Below are positions 12,523-21,667 of a stretch of DNA of 58,577 nucleotides, one piece after another. Location: contig CASEIJ010000046.1 in NCBI GenBank assembly GCA_949288035.1, positions 1 to 58,577 on the forward strand. The letters run 5' to 3'. A program made the position numbers and the translations under genes. The notes beneath the pieces are model-generated. The model did not search any database and was not told the DNA's origin. It saw only the letters and a list, made by a program, of their open reading frames with translations. Numbering within the stretch: the first letter of the stretch is position 1; the number at the start of each line of letters is the position of its first letter. The stretch is from an uncultured Mycoplasmatota bacterium. GTDB taxonomy: Bacteria; Bacillota_I; Bacilli_A; RF39; UBA660.

Positions 12523-13311
12523 ATGGAACTTTCAGTCAATGATTTAGTAACTCGTATTTCATATAATCATGATATGGTATTTCGTATTATTAGAATTACG
12601 GAGGATGGAAACTATATTTTAAAAGGGGTTAATATTCGTTTGATTGCAGATAGTCCAAAAGAAGATTTAGTATTATATGATCGTGAAGAAGACATTGAAG
12701 AAGAGAGAGAATTTCTAAATCGTGTCAAACCGGAATTTCATCTGAATCGTAATGATTATTTTTATTTACCAGGTAAAATATTGCACATAGATGCAGATCA
12801 GGACTATTTACAAAGATGTTTAGACTATTATCATGATGCATCTTTAAAAGTGGTAGGAGTACATATGGATGAGGAAGAAGTAGCACGTAAAATTAGAGAA
12901 TTGTTAGAAGAGACAAATCCTAGTATTGTAATTATTACAGGGCATGATGCTTATTATAAGAGAAAAGGAAAAAAGAATGAGGTTAATTCTTATAAGAATA
13001 GTAAATATTTTGTAGAAGCAGTAAAAGAAGCAAGAAAGTATGAGAAAAGCCATGATAAGTTAGTAATTATTGCCGGTGCTTGTCAATCTGATTATGAAGA
13101 TTTAATTCAAGCTGGGGCTAATTTCGCATCTAGTCCTAAAAGAGTGAATATTCATGCTTTAGATCCTGCGATTATTGCAACTAGAATTAGTTTAACAGAA
13201 TCTAGTGAAGATATTGACTTAAAAGGAATATTAGAAAAAACAAAATATGGTTCTTCGGGGATAGGGGGAATTAAAACAAAGGGTACTATGTACTTAGGAT
13301 ATCCTAGATAG
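12523..13311 (+). CDS. yabG: sporulation peptidase YabG
   Basis: PGKILHIDAD, ITGHD, AGACQS and GANFASSPKRVNIHALDP motifs. Confidence 0.93.
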   Translation: MELSVNDLVTRISYNHDMVFRIIRITEDGNYILKGVNIRLIADSPKEDLVLYDREEDIEEEREFLNRVKPEFHLNRNDYFYLPGKILHIDADQDYLQRCLDYYHDASLKVVGVHMDEEEVARKIRELLEETNPSIVIITGHDAYYKRKGKKNEVNSYKNSKYFVEAVKEARKYEKSHDKLVIIAGACQSDYEDLIQAGANFASSPKRVNIHALDPAIIATRISLTESSEDIDLKGILEKTKYGSSGIGGIKTKGTMYLGYPR

Positions 13312-13319
13312 GAGATAAT

Positions 13320-13538
13320 ATGATTGGAAAAGTAAAAGAGGAGTTAGAAAAACACATTGGAGAAGAAGTATTTATTCAATATCATTTAGGACGGAATAAG
13401 TATGAATCATATCAGTGCGTGATTCGAGAATTATATAATAATGTATTTTTAGTAGAAATGAAGGAAAATGAAGGACTACCAATCAAATCTTTTTCTTATA
13501 CAGATATTATTACAAAAAATATTCGAATTCATTTTTAA
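13320..13538 (+). CDS. veg: Veg family protein
   Basis: GRNK..IRELYxNVFLV..SFSYTDI pattern; follows yabG as in B. subtilis. Confidence 0.85.
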   Translation: MIGKVKEELEKHIGEEVFIQYHLGRNKYESYQCVIRELYNNVFLVEMKENEGLPIKSFSYTDIITKNIRIHF

Positions 13539-13540
13539 AC

Positions 13541-13569
13541 TTGCAAAAAGAAAATCTTTAGTATATAAT
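13541..13569 (+). promoter_or_regulatory. sigmaA-type promoter of spoVG
   Basis: TTGCAA-N17-TATAAT. Confidence 0.65.
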
Positions 13570-13606
13570 GTAAGTGTATCATAGTATACCGAAGGGAGAG
13601 ATTTAC

Positions 13607-13939
13607 GTGGAAGTAACATCTGTTAGAGTAAAACTTGCTCATAACAAAAATGGAAAGGTTAATCCAAAAGCATTTGTAACGATCGTGATTGATAATTGGT
13701 TAGCAATTCGCGATATGAGAATCATTCAAGGAAAAGAAAGATTATTTGTAGCTATGCCGAATCGTAAAAAAGGTGGAGATGTAAAAGTAGCTACAGAAGA
13801 AGTTACTACAGCACCAGAAAATGTAGAAGAAGAAAGATTAGACATTGTATATCCAATCAATAAAGAGGGAAGAAAAATGATTGAAGATGCAGTGTTAGCT
13901 GAATATGAAAAGGTATTAGAAGAGGATCCTGAAGAATAG
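13607..13939 (+). CDS. spoVG: SpoVG family regulator with an acidic loop insertion
   Basis: MEVTSVRV, LFVAMP and DIVYPINxExR..IEDAVL motifs; GTG start after a GGGAG RBS. Confidence 0.85.
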   Translation: MEVTSVRVKLAHNKNGKVNPKAFVTIVIDNWLAIRDMRIIQGKERLFVAMPNRKKGGDVKVATEEVTTAPENVEEERLDIVYPINKEGRKMIEDAVLAEYEKVLEEDPEE

Positions 13940-13952
13940 GATCTTTTTTTTG

Positions 13953-13980
13953 GTATATTTATATTCATTGTTCATATATT
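13953..13980 (+). promoter_or_regulatory. putative sigmaE promoter of yabP-yabQ
   Basis: GTATATT-N13-CATATATT resembles the B. subtilis sigmaE consensus. Confidence 0.5.
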
Positions 13981-13998
13981 TTAACAGGAGGAAGAAAT

Positions 13999-14298
13999 AT
14001 GGACAAGGATCATTCAAATGTCATAGGAACTGTAGTAGGAAATCATAATGTAACAATTAGTGATAGAAAAACATTAGTGATTACTGGAGTAAAAAAAATA
14101 GAAAGTTTTGATAATGAAGAGTTTTTAATGGAAACAACCATGGGATATATTATGTTAAAAGGAGAAGGTTTAGAAATTATTAAATTAGATACTTATCAAG
14201 GAAATGTTTCTATTAAAGGAAAAGTAAATAGTTTAAGTTATATGGATACTGCTAAAAAGGAAAAAGAAGATAGTATGTTTAGTAAGTTATTTAAATAA
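13999..14298 (+). CDS. yabP: sporulation protein YabP
   Basis: RKxLxITGVxxIESFDNEEFLMETTMG..G.V.SLSY..FSKLFK. Confidence 0.92.
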   Translation: MDKDHSNVIGTVVGNHNVTISDRKTLVITGVKKIESFDNEEFLMETTMGYIMLKGEGLEIIKLDTYQGNVSIKGKVNSLSYMDTAKKEKEDSMFSKLFK

Positions 14299-14600
14299 TG
14301 AGTTTAAAAGTACAAATCATTACTTTAGTATTTTCCCTTTTATATGGCTCTTTTTTTTCCTTTTTATTAACAATTCAATATCGATTTATATATGCAAAAG
14401 AGAAATGGTTTCAATACTGTTTTACTATTCTTTTTGTTCTTGTTATGACCTTTCTTTATTTTTTAATATTGAGAAAGATTAACTATGGAATTCTTCATCC
14501 ATATGCATTTCTCAGTATGATGGCAGGTTATTCAGTCGAACATCTGATTCATTTACATTTATTGACTTCTAAGCATATTGTCAAGAAAAAAGAAACATGA
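14298..14600 (+). CDS. yabQ: spore cortex protein YabQ (short form)
   Basis: MSLxVQ N-terminus, TM helices, INYGxLxxY motif; coupled to yabP. Confidence 0.8.
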   Translation: MSLKVQIITLVFSLLYGSFFSFLLTIQYRFIYAKEKWFQYCFTILFVLVMTFLYFLILRKINYGILHPYAFLSMMAGYSVEHLIHLHLLTSKHIVKKKET

Positions 14601-14627
14601 TACACTATAAAATAGTAGGTGATAAAG

Positions 14628-15047
14628 ATGGCAAAGAAGAAAAAAGTAAGTAAAAGTGCAAAAAAAAGACTTTTATTATTTGGAACACTTTCTTTTGCTG
14701 TGATTATTTATTTCTTTATTACACTTACTACTTATACATTAAATATTATTGATTTAAATCATGAGAAGAAAGAATTGAAAAAACAATTACTTGTGTTAAA
14801 AGAAGATGAAGAAAATTTAAATATTGAATTAAAAAAATTACAAGATCCTGATTATATTGCTCGTTTTGCAAGAGAAAATTATTTATATTCTAAAAATGGA
14901 GAATATATTATTAAAATACAAGATAATAAAAAAGCAACGAAAAAGACAAGTATCAATCATGAGAAAAGTATTCGCTATATTGTAATTGGTGTTGGTTCTT
15001 TTTTAACTATTTTAGGTATTTATGTATTGCGTCATATGACAAAATAA
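14628..15047 (+). CDS. divIC: septum formation initiator DivIC/FtsB with an extra C-terminal TM helix
   Basis: Basic N-terminus, TM, coiled coil, LQDPDYIARFARENYLYSKNGE; follows yabQ. Confidence 0.85.
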   Translation: MAKKKKVSKSAKKRLLLFGTLSFAVIIYFFITLTTYTLNIIDLNHEKKELKKQLLVLKEDEENLNIELKKLQDPDYIARFARENYLYSKNGEYIIKIQDNKKATKKTSINHEKSIRYIVIGVGSFLTILGIYVLRHMTK

Positions 15048-15105
15048 ATCCACATTGCAGTGGATTTATTTTTATGTTATATTAATATTAGAAAGTAGGG
15101 ATAGG

Positions 15106-15828
15106 ATGACAAGTATTATTATTTTGGTACATAATGCTTATGACTATGTAAAAAATACGATAGAGACATTACAAATGACAAAAAATAAAGACTACGAAGT
15201 GATTGTCTTAGATAATGCATCTGAGAAGAAAGTACAAAAGTTATTATTAAAATTATATCAAGAAAAGAAAATCGATAAGTTAATCTTTTCACAGGAGAAT
15301 ACTTTGTTTGCTAAAGGAAATAATATCGCCTTTCGTTTTTGTGATCCGAAGTCAGATCGTGTTTTATTATTAAACTCTGATATTGATATTCGTAATCCTG
15401 AATGGTTAGATGAAATGAATCGTATTTATGAAAAGGGGATTACATCACTTGGAATTGTGGAAGGTAACCCATATACAAGAGTAGATGGTTTTTGTTTTAT
15501 GATTGATAAAGAACTATACCAAAAGTATTTATTAGATGAAAACTTTGAATGGTGGTGGTCTATTACGAAATTACAGGCAGAAGTATTAAAAGATGGATAT
15601 CCTGTAAAAGGTGTAAAAGATTATCAGAACTTGATTTTTCATTATGGAGGTATGTCAGGAACTGACTTTAGAAATGCCAAAGGAATGCAGATTGATGGAG
15701 AAAAAGTCGTTTCATGGTTTGCAAACCATGAAATCAATATAATAAATCATATTGATAATACTAATACAATTTATAAACCAAATAGTAAAGCAAATCGTAT
15801 TTATCGTAAGTTAAAGAATAAGAAGTAA
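15106..15828 (+). CDS. glycosyltransferase family 2
   Basis: SIIILVHN, VIVLDNAS, FAKGNN and LLLNSD motifs. Confidence 0.8.
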   Translation: MTSIIILVHNAYDYVKNTIETLQMTKNKDYEVIVLDNASEKKVQKLLLKLYQEKKIDKLIFSQENTLFAKGNNIAFRFCDPKSDRVLLLNSDIDIRNPEWLDEMNRIYEKGITSLGIVEGNPYTRVDGFCFMIDKELYQKYLLDENFEWWWSITKLQAEVLKDGYPVKGVKDYQNLIFHYGGMSGTDFRNAKGMQIDGEKVVSWFANHEINIINHIDNTNTIYKPNSKANRIYRKLKNKK

Positions 15829-15864
15829 TAAATACTTCTTATCTTTTTAGAAAGTAGGCTTATT

Positions 15865-16722
15865 ATGAAAATAATTCAATTAGAAAATATTCAATCTTAT
15901 TTTAGAAAACGAGAGAAAGATGTGAATAAAGGTGATTTTGGGAAAGTAGGCTTTATTGGCGGCTCTAAGAGTTATTCTGGGGCTTTAAAATTAGCTATGT
16001 TAAGCCATGCTTCTTTACGTAGTGGATGTGGTATTAGTCGTGTATTGATACCTGAAGAATTAGCCCCTTTATTAGCTCCTCACATTTTAGAACAAACTAT
16101 GTTTTTTTATCATAATTTAGAAGAATTAAAAGAAGGAATCCATGATTTAGATGTACTAGCAATTGGTATGGGGTGGGGAAAAGATACATCTCATTTATCC
16201 ATATTAAAAGAAATATGTAATGATTATTCTGGTGTTATGGTAATTGATGCTGATGGATTAAATACACTAGTAGGTCATTTAGATATGGTAAAAGATCATA
16301 GGGTGGTATTAACACCTCATTTAAAAGAATTCTCCCGTATTTCACAATTATCCATTGAAGAAATTAAACAAAATCCAATTGAAATCGTTAGAGAATTTGC
16401 GAAAAAATATGGAGTAATTTTACTTTTAAAAGGTTCTACGACGATTATTTCTGATGGAGTGGATGTGTATCTTGTAAAAAGGGGTTGTCCAGGAATGGCT
16501 ACGGCAGGTAGTGGAGATGTGTTATCTGGTGTATTAGCTGGTTTATTAGCATATCATCCATTTCATATATTAACAGTCGCAGCAGGTGCCTATTTAGCAG
16601 GATTAGCAGGTGAGTTAGCCGAAAATGAGAAAACAGATATTTCCATGATTGCCAGTGATACGATTGAGCATATACCAAATGCGATTACTTGGATTAGAGA
16701 ACAAGAAAAAAGTTCACATTAA
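15865..16722 (+). CDS. nnrD: ADP-dependent NAD(P)H-hydrate dehydratase (stand-alone)
   Basis: KGDFG, IGMGWG, IDADGL, LTPHxxEF, LLKG and MATAGSGDVLSG motifs. Confidence 0.92.
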   Translation: MKIIQLENIQSYFRKREKDVNKGDFGKVGFIGGSKSYSGALKLAMLSHASLRSGCGISRVLIPEELAPLLAPHILEQTMFFYHNLEELKEGIHDLDVLAIGMGWGKDTSHLSILKEICNDYSGVMVIDADGLNTLVGHLDMVKDHRVVLTPHLKEFSRISQLSIEEIKQNPIEIVREFAKKYGVILLLKGSTTIISDGVDVYLVKRGCPGMATAGSGDVLSGVLAGLLAYHPFHILTVAAGAYLAGLAGELAENEKTDISMIASDTIEHIPNAITWIREQEKSSH

Positions 16723-16736
16723 TGTGAACTTTTTTT
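16706..16736. terminator. bidirectional terminator between nnrD and ponA
   Basis: AAAAAAGTTCACAT-TA-ATGTGAACTTTTTT perfect inverted repeat with A/T tails. Confidence 0.8.
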
Positions 16737-19700
16737 ATTCTGTTGGTGTTCCACCACTTGTTTGATTATCGACAACTGTCACTTTTCGTGTAATTGTTTT
16801 TGTATAATCTTCGTAGGTAATTGTATAGCTAATGGTATAAGTTCCAGCAGTAGAAGTGAATGTATCTAAGGAAGCAGGGATTCCTGCAGCATTTGTAATA
16901 CTTGTTTCAACTTCTGCACTGGTTGTGACATCTTTTCCATCTTCTTTTACTACAACTCCTTGATCACGATAAGTACCATTTAAACTTACTGTCATACTAG
17001 CACTACCAACGAGACTTACTGTAATCTCTCCTTGGACATTAGAAACATTGACTGTTGTTTCTACACCTGGTGCTTCAGCAGCCTTAAAGTTAGAATAACA
17101 TGTTTTAACAATATAAGTACCATTATCGGTTGATTTAGCAGTAAAGGTAATACTTGTATTATTCGTAAATTGAATTAATCTTAGACTACCATCTTTTTGT
17201 TTTGCATAAATATTATAACCAACACTTCCTAAGATACTTTGGTTTTGACCTAATCTAGATTGTAAATAACTGTTTTTATAACCACTATCTGTAAATACTT
17301 TACCAATCCAGCTAGATAAACTGTTGGCATCTAATTCAGCGGGAGTCTTAATTCCATTCCATGAAATTGAAACAGAATTTCCACTAATACTACTTTTTAC
17401 ATTAGAAACATCACTTAACTGAGCAAATCTACTAGATACTTCTGTAGGTTCAGTTCCTTTCTTAAATAGCTCTGTAATACGCATATTAGCAGGTGTATTT
17501 GCACTTGGTAATTTTACTGGATACGTTTCTCTTTCTACTTCGACAGAAACAACACCATCTGGCTTTGTAAATTCAGATTTATCGGTAAAGAAATGTCCAG
17601 CAATTGCTTTAAATAAATTTCTATGACCACCTGTATTGGTTGTACTTACATATTTATCATCTTGTTTGTCATATCCATACCAAACAGAAATTGCATATTG
17701 GGTATTAATTCCATCTACCCATAAATCATTTACTGCATTTGATGGATAACCTTTTTTCTTAATTAGATCTTCTGTAAAGTTAGAAGTACCTGTTTTCGCA
17801 CCATAGTGTACACCATTTAAATAAGAAGTACCAATTCCATAATCAGCAGCATTATATAATACATTACTAATCATATATGCCGTTTCAGGACTCATCACTT
17901 TTTTCTTTTCTGCATCTACTTCTTCTGTTTTATCATCTTCGCGGTAAACAATTTTTGTATATGTATATGGTTTTGTATAGTATCCTCCATTGGCAAATGC
18001 AGCATAAGCACCGGCCATAGTTAATGGAGCTTCTCCATCGTAACCACCTAATGCATGTGATTCGTAAACCATACCATTTTCTACTTGTGGATGTAATCCT
18101 AAACTTTCTGCAAAGTTTTTAATATCGGAATTTTTATTTTGTTGGAATGCTTTTAATGCTGGAATATTTCTAGATTCTGCTAAAGCAGTACGTAGTGTCA
18201 TCCAACCTTGATAAGTTCTATTCCAGTTTTCAATACCTCCATCATCTGTATCTGTACCAGAATATGAGTGAGGTTCATCAGCAAATGGAGTAGCAGTAGA
18301 CCAACCTTGGTATTCAAAACCTGGACCGTAATCGTAAATTGGTTTTGCTGTTGAACCAATTTGACGTTTTACTTTGGTAGCACGTCCTAATTGATTTGCA
18401 CCACTAATATTTCTACCATTACTAATTGCGGTTAACGCTCCTGTTTTTACATCGACAACAGCAACAGCTCCTTGAACAACATCGTTTTCCCATTTAAAGG
18501 TTTTTCCGTTCATAATATCTTCAACAGCTTCTTGTTTATCTTTATCCATTGTTGTATAGATTTGCATTGATACATTATAAGGGTTATTACCAGTTCTCTC
18601 TGTAACATCTTCTACGACAGCATCGATAAATGATTGATATTTAAAACGATCTGTTTGTTCACCATCTTCTGTAGAAATTGTTTTTACAATTTTATCAACA
18701 CTTAAATTGAGTGCTGCTTTATATTCTGTTTCATCAATATAATTATGACGTTTCATCAAATATAGTACTGTTTGACGTCTTTTTTCTGTTAAATCAGGAT
18801 TAATATTTGGGTCATAAGTATTTGGCGCTTGGAACATACCAGCAATCATTGCAGCCTCTGCTAAGTTGATATCTTTTGCACTTTTACCAAAGTAGGTTAA
18901 ACATGCTTGTTCTACTCCCCATGCACCACTACCTAAATATGGAGCATTGACATAGAATTCCATAATTTCTTCTTTGGTATAATGTTTTTCAATCTGGAAG
19001 ATAGACATATAAATATCTGTAAATTTACGTGTAATACTACGATTCGTTGAAGTAAAGTGATTCTTTGCTATTTGCATCGTTAAAGTAGAAGCACCACCGG
19101 CATTCTTACCGAGAAGTGTTCCAAACCCAGCACGCATAAATCGTGGTAAGTCAAATCCATTATGTTGGAAGAAACGTGAATCTTCTGTTGCTACAATCGC
19201 ATCTACCAATACTTCTGGCAATTGATCATAAGAAATCTTTTCACGGTTTTCACTTCCCAGTTTCTTAATAACAGAACCATCACTACTATATAAAATAGAA
19301 GCTTCTTGATGATATAACTTATCAGGACTAAATTCTGGTGCATCTTTAATAATAAAGAACATAAAAATGCCAAATGCAACAAGGCAGATAATTCCTAAAA
19401 TAAGTAATACCATTAAAATCTTTTTCCCAATTTTCTTTTTCTTATTTTTTCCTTTCGTAGTTCCTTTTTTATTTCTTGTCATACGTGCTGAACGAGTACT
19501 TGCTACATGTGCTCCTTTGGTATAATCAGTTGGTTTCGCATGTCCCGTACGTGCATGTCTTGCTTCAGTTCTTTTCTTTTCCATCGTAACCTCCATATTC
19601 TTTTTACTCATATTACTAATTAGACTAATTAAATTAGGACTAAATAGAATGCCATCTAATATGAGAATAATGATTAAGGCCTTTAAAAAGCCAACTGCAA

Positions 19701-19806
19701 ATATTCCGACAATGAATGCAAGAATACTAACAAACATAATTGCTATTTCATATTGATGCTCATTGATATATTGAAATATCTTATGATATTTTTTCAGAAG
19801 CTTCAC
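16735..19806 (-). CDS. ponA: class A penicillin-binding protein 1A (GT51 + transpeptidase + C-terminal Fn3/Ig-like domains)
   Basis: EDSRFFQHNG and GASTLTMQ (GT domain); STAK, SRN and KTGT (TP domain); downstream of recU; alternative start at 19584. Confidence 0.92.
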   Translation of the reverse strand: MKLLKKYHKIFQYINEHQYEIAIMFVSILAFIVGIFAVGFLKALIIILILDGILFSPNLISLISNMSKKNMEVTMEKKRTEARHARTGHAKPTDYTKGAHVASTRSARMTRNKKGTTKGKNKKKKIGKKILMVLLILGIICLVAFGIFMFFIIKDAPEFSPDKLYHQEASILYSSDGSVIKKLGSENREKISYDQLPEVLVDAIVATEDSRFFQHNGFDLPRFMRAGFGTLLGKNAGGASTLTMQIAKNHFTSTNRSITRKFTDIYMSIFQIEKHYTKEEIMEFYVNAPYLGSGAWGVEQACLTYFGKSAKDINLAEAAMIAGMFQAPNTYDPNINPDLTEKRRQTVLYLMKRHNYIDETEYKAALNLSVDKIVKTISTEDGEQTDRFKYQSFIDAVVEDVTERTGNNPYNVSMQIYTTMDKDKQEAVEDIMNGKTFKWENDVVQGAVAVVDVKTGALTAISNGRNISGANQLGRATKVKRQIGSTAKPIYDYGPGFEYQGWSTATPFADEPHSYSGTDTDDGGIENWNRTYQGWMTLRTALAESRNIPALKAFQQNKNSDIKNFAESLGLHPQVENGMVYESHALGGYDGEAPLTMAGAYAAFANGGYYTKPYTYTKIVYREDDKTEEVDAEKKKVMSPETAYMISNVLYNAADYGIGTSYLNGVHYGAKTGTSNFTEDLIKKKGYPSNAVNDLWVDGINTQYAISVWYGYDKQDDKYVSTTNTGGHRNLFKAIAGHFFTDKSEFTKPDGVVSVEVERETYPVKLPSANTPANMRITELFKKGTEPTEVSSRFAQLSDVSNVKSSISGNSVSISWNGIKTPAELDANSLSSWIGKVFTDSGYKNSYLQSRLGQNQSILGSVGYNIYAKQKDGSLRLIQFTNNTSITFTAKSTDNGTYIVKTCYSNFKAAEAPGVETTVNVSNVQGEITVSLVGSASMTVSLNGTYRDQGVVVKEDGKDVTTSAEVETSITNAAGIPASLDTFTSTAGTYTISYTITYEDYTKTITRKVTVVDNQTSGGTPTE

Positions 19807-20371
19807 CTTCTTTCTCCAATTCGTCTATTATTTTTAAATAATCGAGACGTGGAGCATATTTTGTTTCAATTATTTTTCCTTCTTTTTGAAAAAAAGAAAT
19901 AGGAATTGATTTTCTGTTGTTGTTTTCAATGAATGATATCAATTTACTACCATCTAAAAAATATGTCAAATTATAGTGAGTAAAGCGAACGATTAAAAAT
20001 CCAATTCCACCATGTTCTATAATCTTTTTTATGTGTTTAATTTGATGGGTATGAATGTTTGCGAGAGGAAAATAACTTTTGTTTCTTGTTTCTTTCGCTT
20101 CAAAATCAATATATTTTCCTTTATATACACCATTGTAATCTGTTGTCGATGGTGTTTTATAATATGCTTCTTTAATAACCGCGTCCATACGAGATTTAAA
20201 ATCTACTTTTACAACTGTAATTGGCGTTGGTTTTTTATAAATGACAGCAATATCATGAACAAGATAATATTCATTTGTCACATTGATGTCATGTTCTAAA
20301 CTCATCCCTCGGTTACCATGTAATATATAGGATTGTTTTACTTTTGTTCCGTTTGGATAATTCACAAGCAT
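19781..20371 (-). CDS. recU: Holliday junction resolvase RecU
   Basis: NRGMSLE, KKPTP, STTDYNGVYKGKYIDFEAKET and HQ motifs. Confidence 0.96.
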   Translation of the reverse strand: MLVNYPNGTKVKQSYILHGNRGMSLEHDINVTNEYYLVHDIAVIYKKPTPITVVKVDFKSRMDAVIKEAYYKTPSTTDYNGVYKGKYIDFEAKETRNKSYFPLANIHTHQIKHIKKIIEHGGIGFLIVRFTHYNLTYFLDGSKLISFIENNNRKSIPISFFQKEGKIIETKYAPRLDYLKIIDELEKEGEASEKIS

Positions 20372-20435
20372 TCACCATCTCTATTATACTATAAAGTATT
20401 CAATTTTTCTACTAGATTTTCTTATCTTTCATACT

Positions 20436-20465
20436 TTGACATATAAAAGAAATACGTGTTATAAT
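20436..20465 (+). promoter_or_regulatory. sigmaA promoter of engB
   Basis: TTGACA-N18-TATAAT with TGn extension. Confidence 0.75.
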
Positions 20466-20490
20466 GAATCTGTGAAATTTAGGTGATATC

Positions 20491-21078
20491 ATGAAAATTA
20501 ACCATGTCAATTTAGAAATATCAGCGGTCAGACGTAGTCAATATCCGACTGATAATAAACCAGAATTTTTATTAGTAGGACGTTCTAACGTTGGAAAAAG
20601 TAGTTTTATCAATACATTAATTCATAGAAAAAACTATGCGCGTACTTCATCACAGCCGGGAAAAACACAAACGATTAATTTTTATTTAGTCAATGATGAA
20701 TTTTATTTAGTAGATGCACCAGGTTATGGATTTGCAAACGTCAGTAAACCAATGCGTAAGAAATTTGGATTGATGATGGAAGATTATTTAATTAATCGAC
20801 CTAATTTAAAAAATGTGTTTATGTTAATTGATTTTCGTCATAAACCAACCAGTGATGATTTAATGATGTATCAATTTTTAAAATATTATGATATTCCAGT
20901 TACAATTGTGGCTACAAAAGTAGATAAAGTAGGAATTACAAATCGTCAAAAACAGCGTAATTTAATTTTAGATCAATTAGATCTTGTCGTTGGTGATGAT
21001 TTTGTGATGTTTTCTAGTGTTACTAAACTGGGAAAAGAAGAAATTTACGATCGAATTGAAAGAACTACCGAAATATAA
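20491..21078 (+). CDS. engB: ribosome biogenesis GTPase YihA/YsxC
   Basis: GRSNVGKSS, PGKT, DAPGYG and TKVDK motifs. Confidence 0.95.
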   Translation: MKINHVNLEISAVRRSQYPTDNKPEFLLVGRSNVGKSSFINTLIHRKNYARTSSQPGKTQTINFYLVNDEFYLVDAPGYGFANVSKPMRKKFGLMMEDYLINRPNLKNVFMLIDFRHKPTSDDLMMYQFLKYYDIPVTIVATKVDKVGITNRQKQRNLILDQLDLVVGDDFVMFSSVTKLGKEEIYDRIERTTEI

Positions 21079-21119
21079 GGAACAAAAGCATATTCTTACA
21101 ATAGACTAATACTAGGTGA

Positions 21120-21620
21120 TTGATTTTGAAACTAGTATTTCTAGATAAAGAGAATATGCTTCTTTTTTTGAACGCTGTTCAAACGCATCAATTATCTTTT
21201 GAACAAAGAGACAAATTAGAACCGCAACTAAAATCATTACTATTAAAACTAAAACATATTTATCATCTTTCTTTTTGTGGTTATTATACAATTTATGTAT
21301 ATCAAGATCCTTTATATGGAAACATTTTAAAAATACATCGTGAAAATTTAGATGAGTTTGATTATTTACAAGATGAAATAGAATTATGTTTACATATTGA
21401 AAAAAATAGTAAAATATTATATCGAATTGAAGATCCATGTGATGTCAGAAAAAAGTGGCATAAAAAAACAAAACTATATTATTACGATCATCAATTCTAT
21501 TTTTATATGATAGAAAATATGTCACAATTAGAATTAGGTCAATTTCTCGAATTTACAGAACCTTGCTTTCAAAACACACGTGAAATATTAACTTATGGAA
21601 AAGTATTAGATAGTTGGTAG
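21120..21620 (+). CDS. hypothetical protein, possibly a divergent MecA/YpbH-like ClpC adaptor
   Basis: C-terminal ILYRIED..KLYYYDHQFYF..FLEF resembles the MecA C-terminal pattern; TTG start is uncertain. Confidence 0.4.
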   Translation: MILKLVFLDKENMLLFLNAVQTHQLSFEQRDKLEPQLKSLLLKLKHIYHLSFCGYYTIYVYQDPLYGNILKIHRENLDEFDYLQDEIELCLHIEKNSKILYRIEDPCDVRKKWHKKTKLYYYDHQFYFYMIENMSQLELGQFLEFTEPCFQNTREILTYGKVLDSW

Positions 21621-21667
21621 AATAAAAAAAATGTGTTATAATACCGGAAGAAAACGAGGGGATACTT

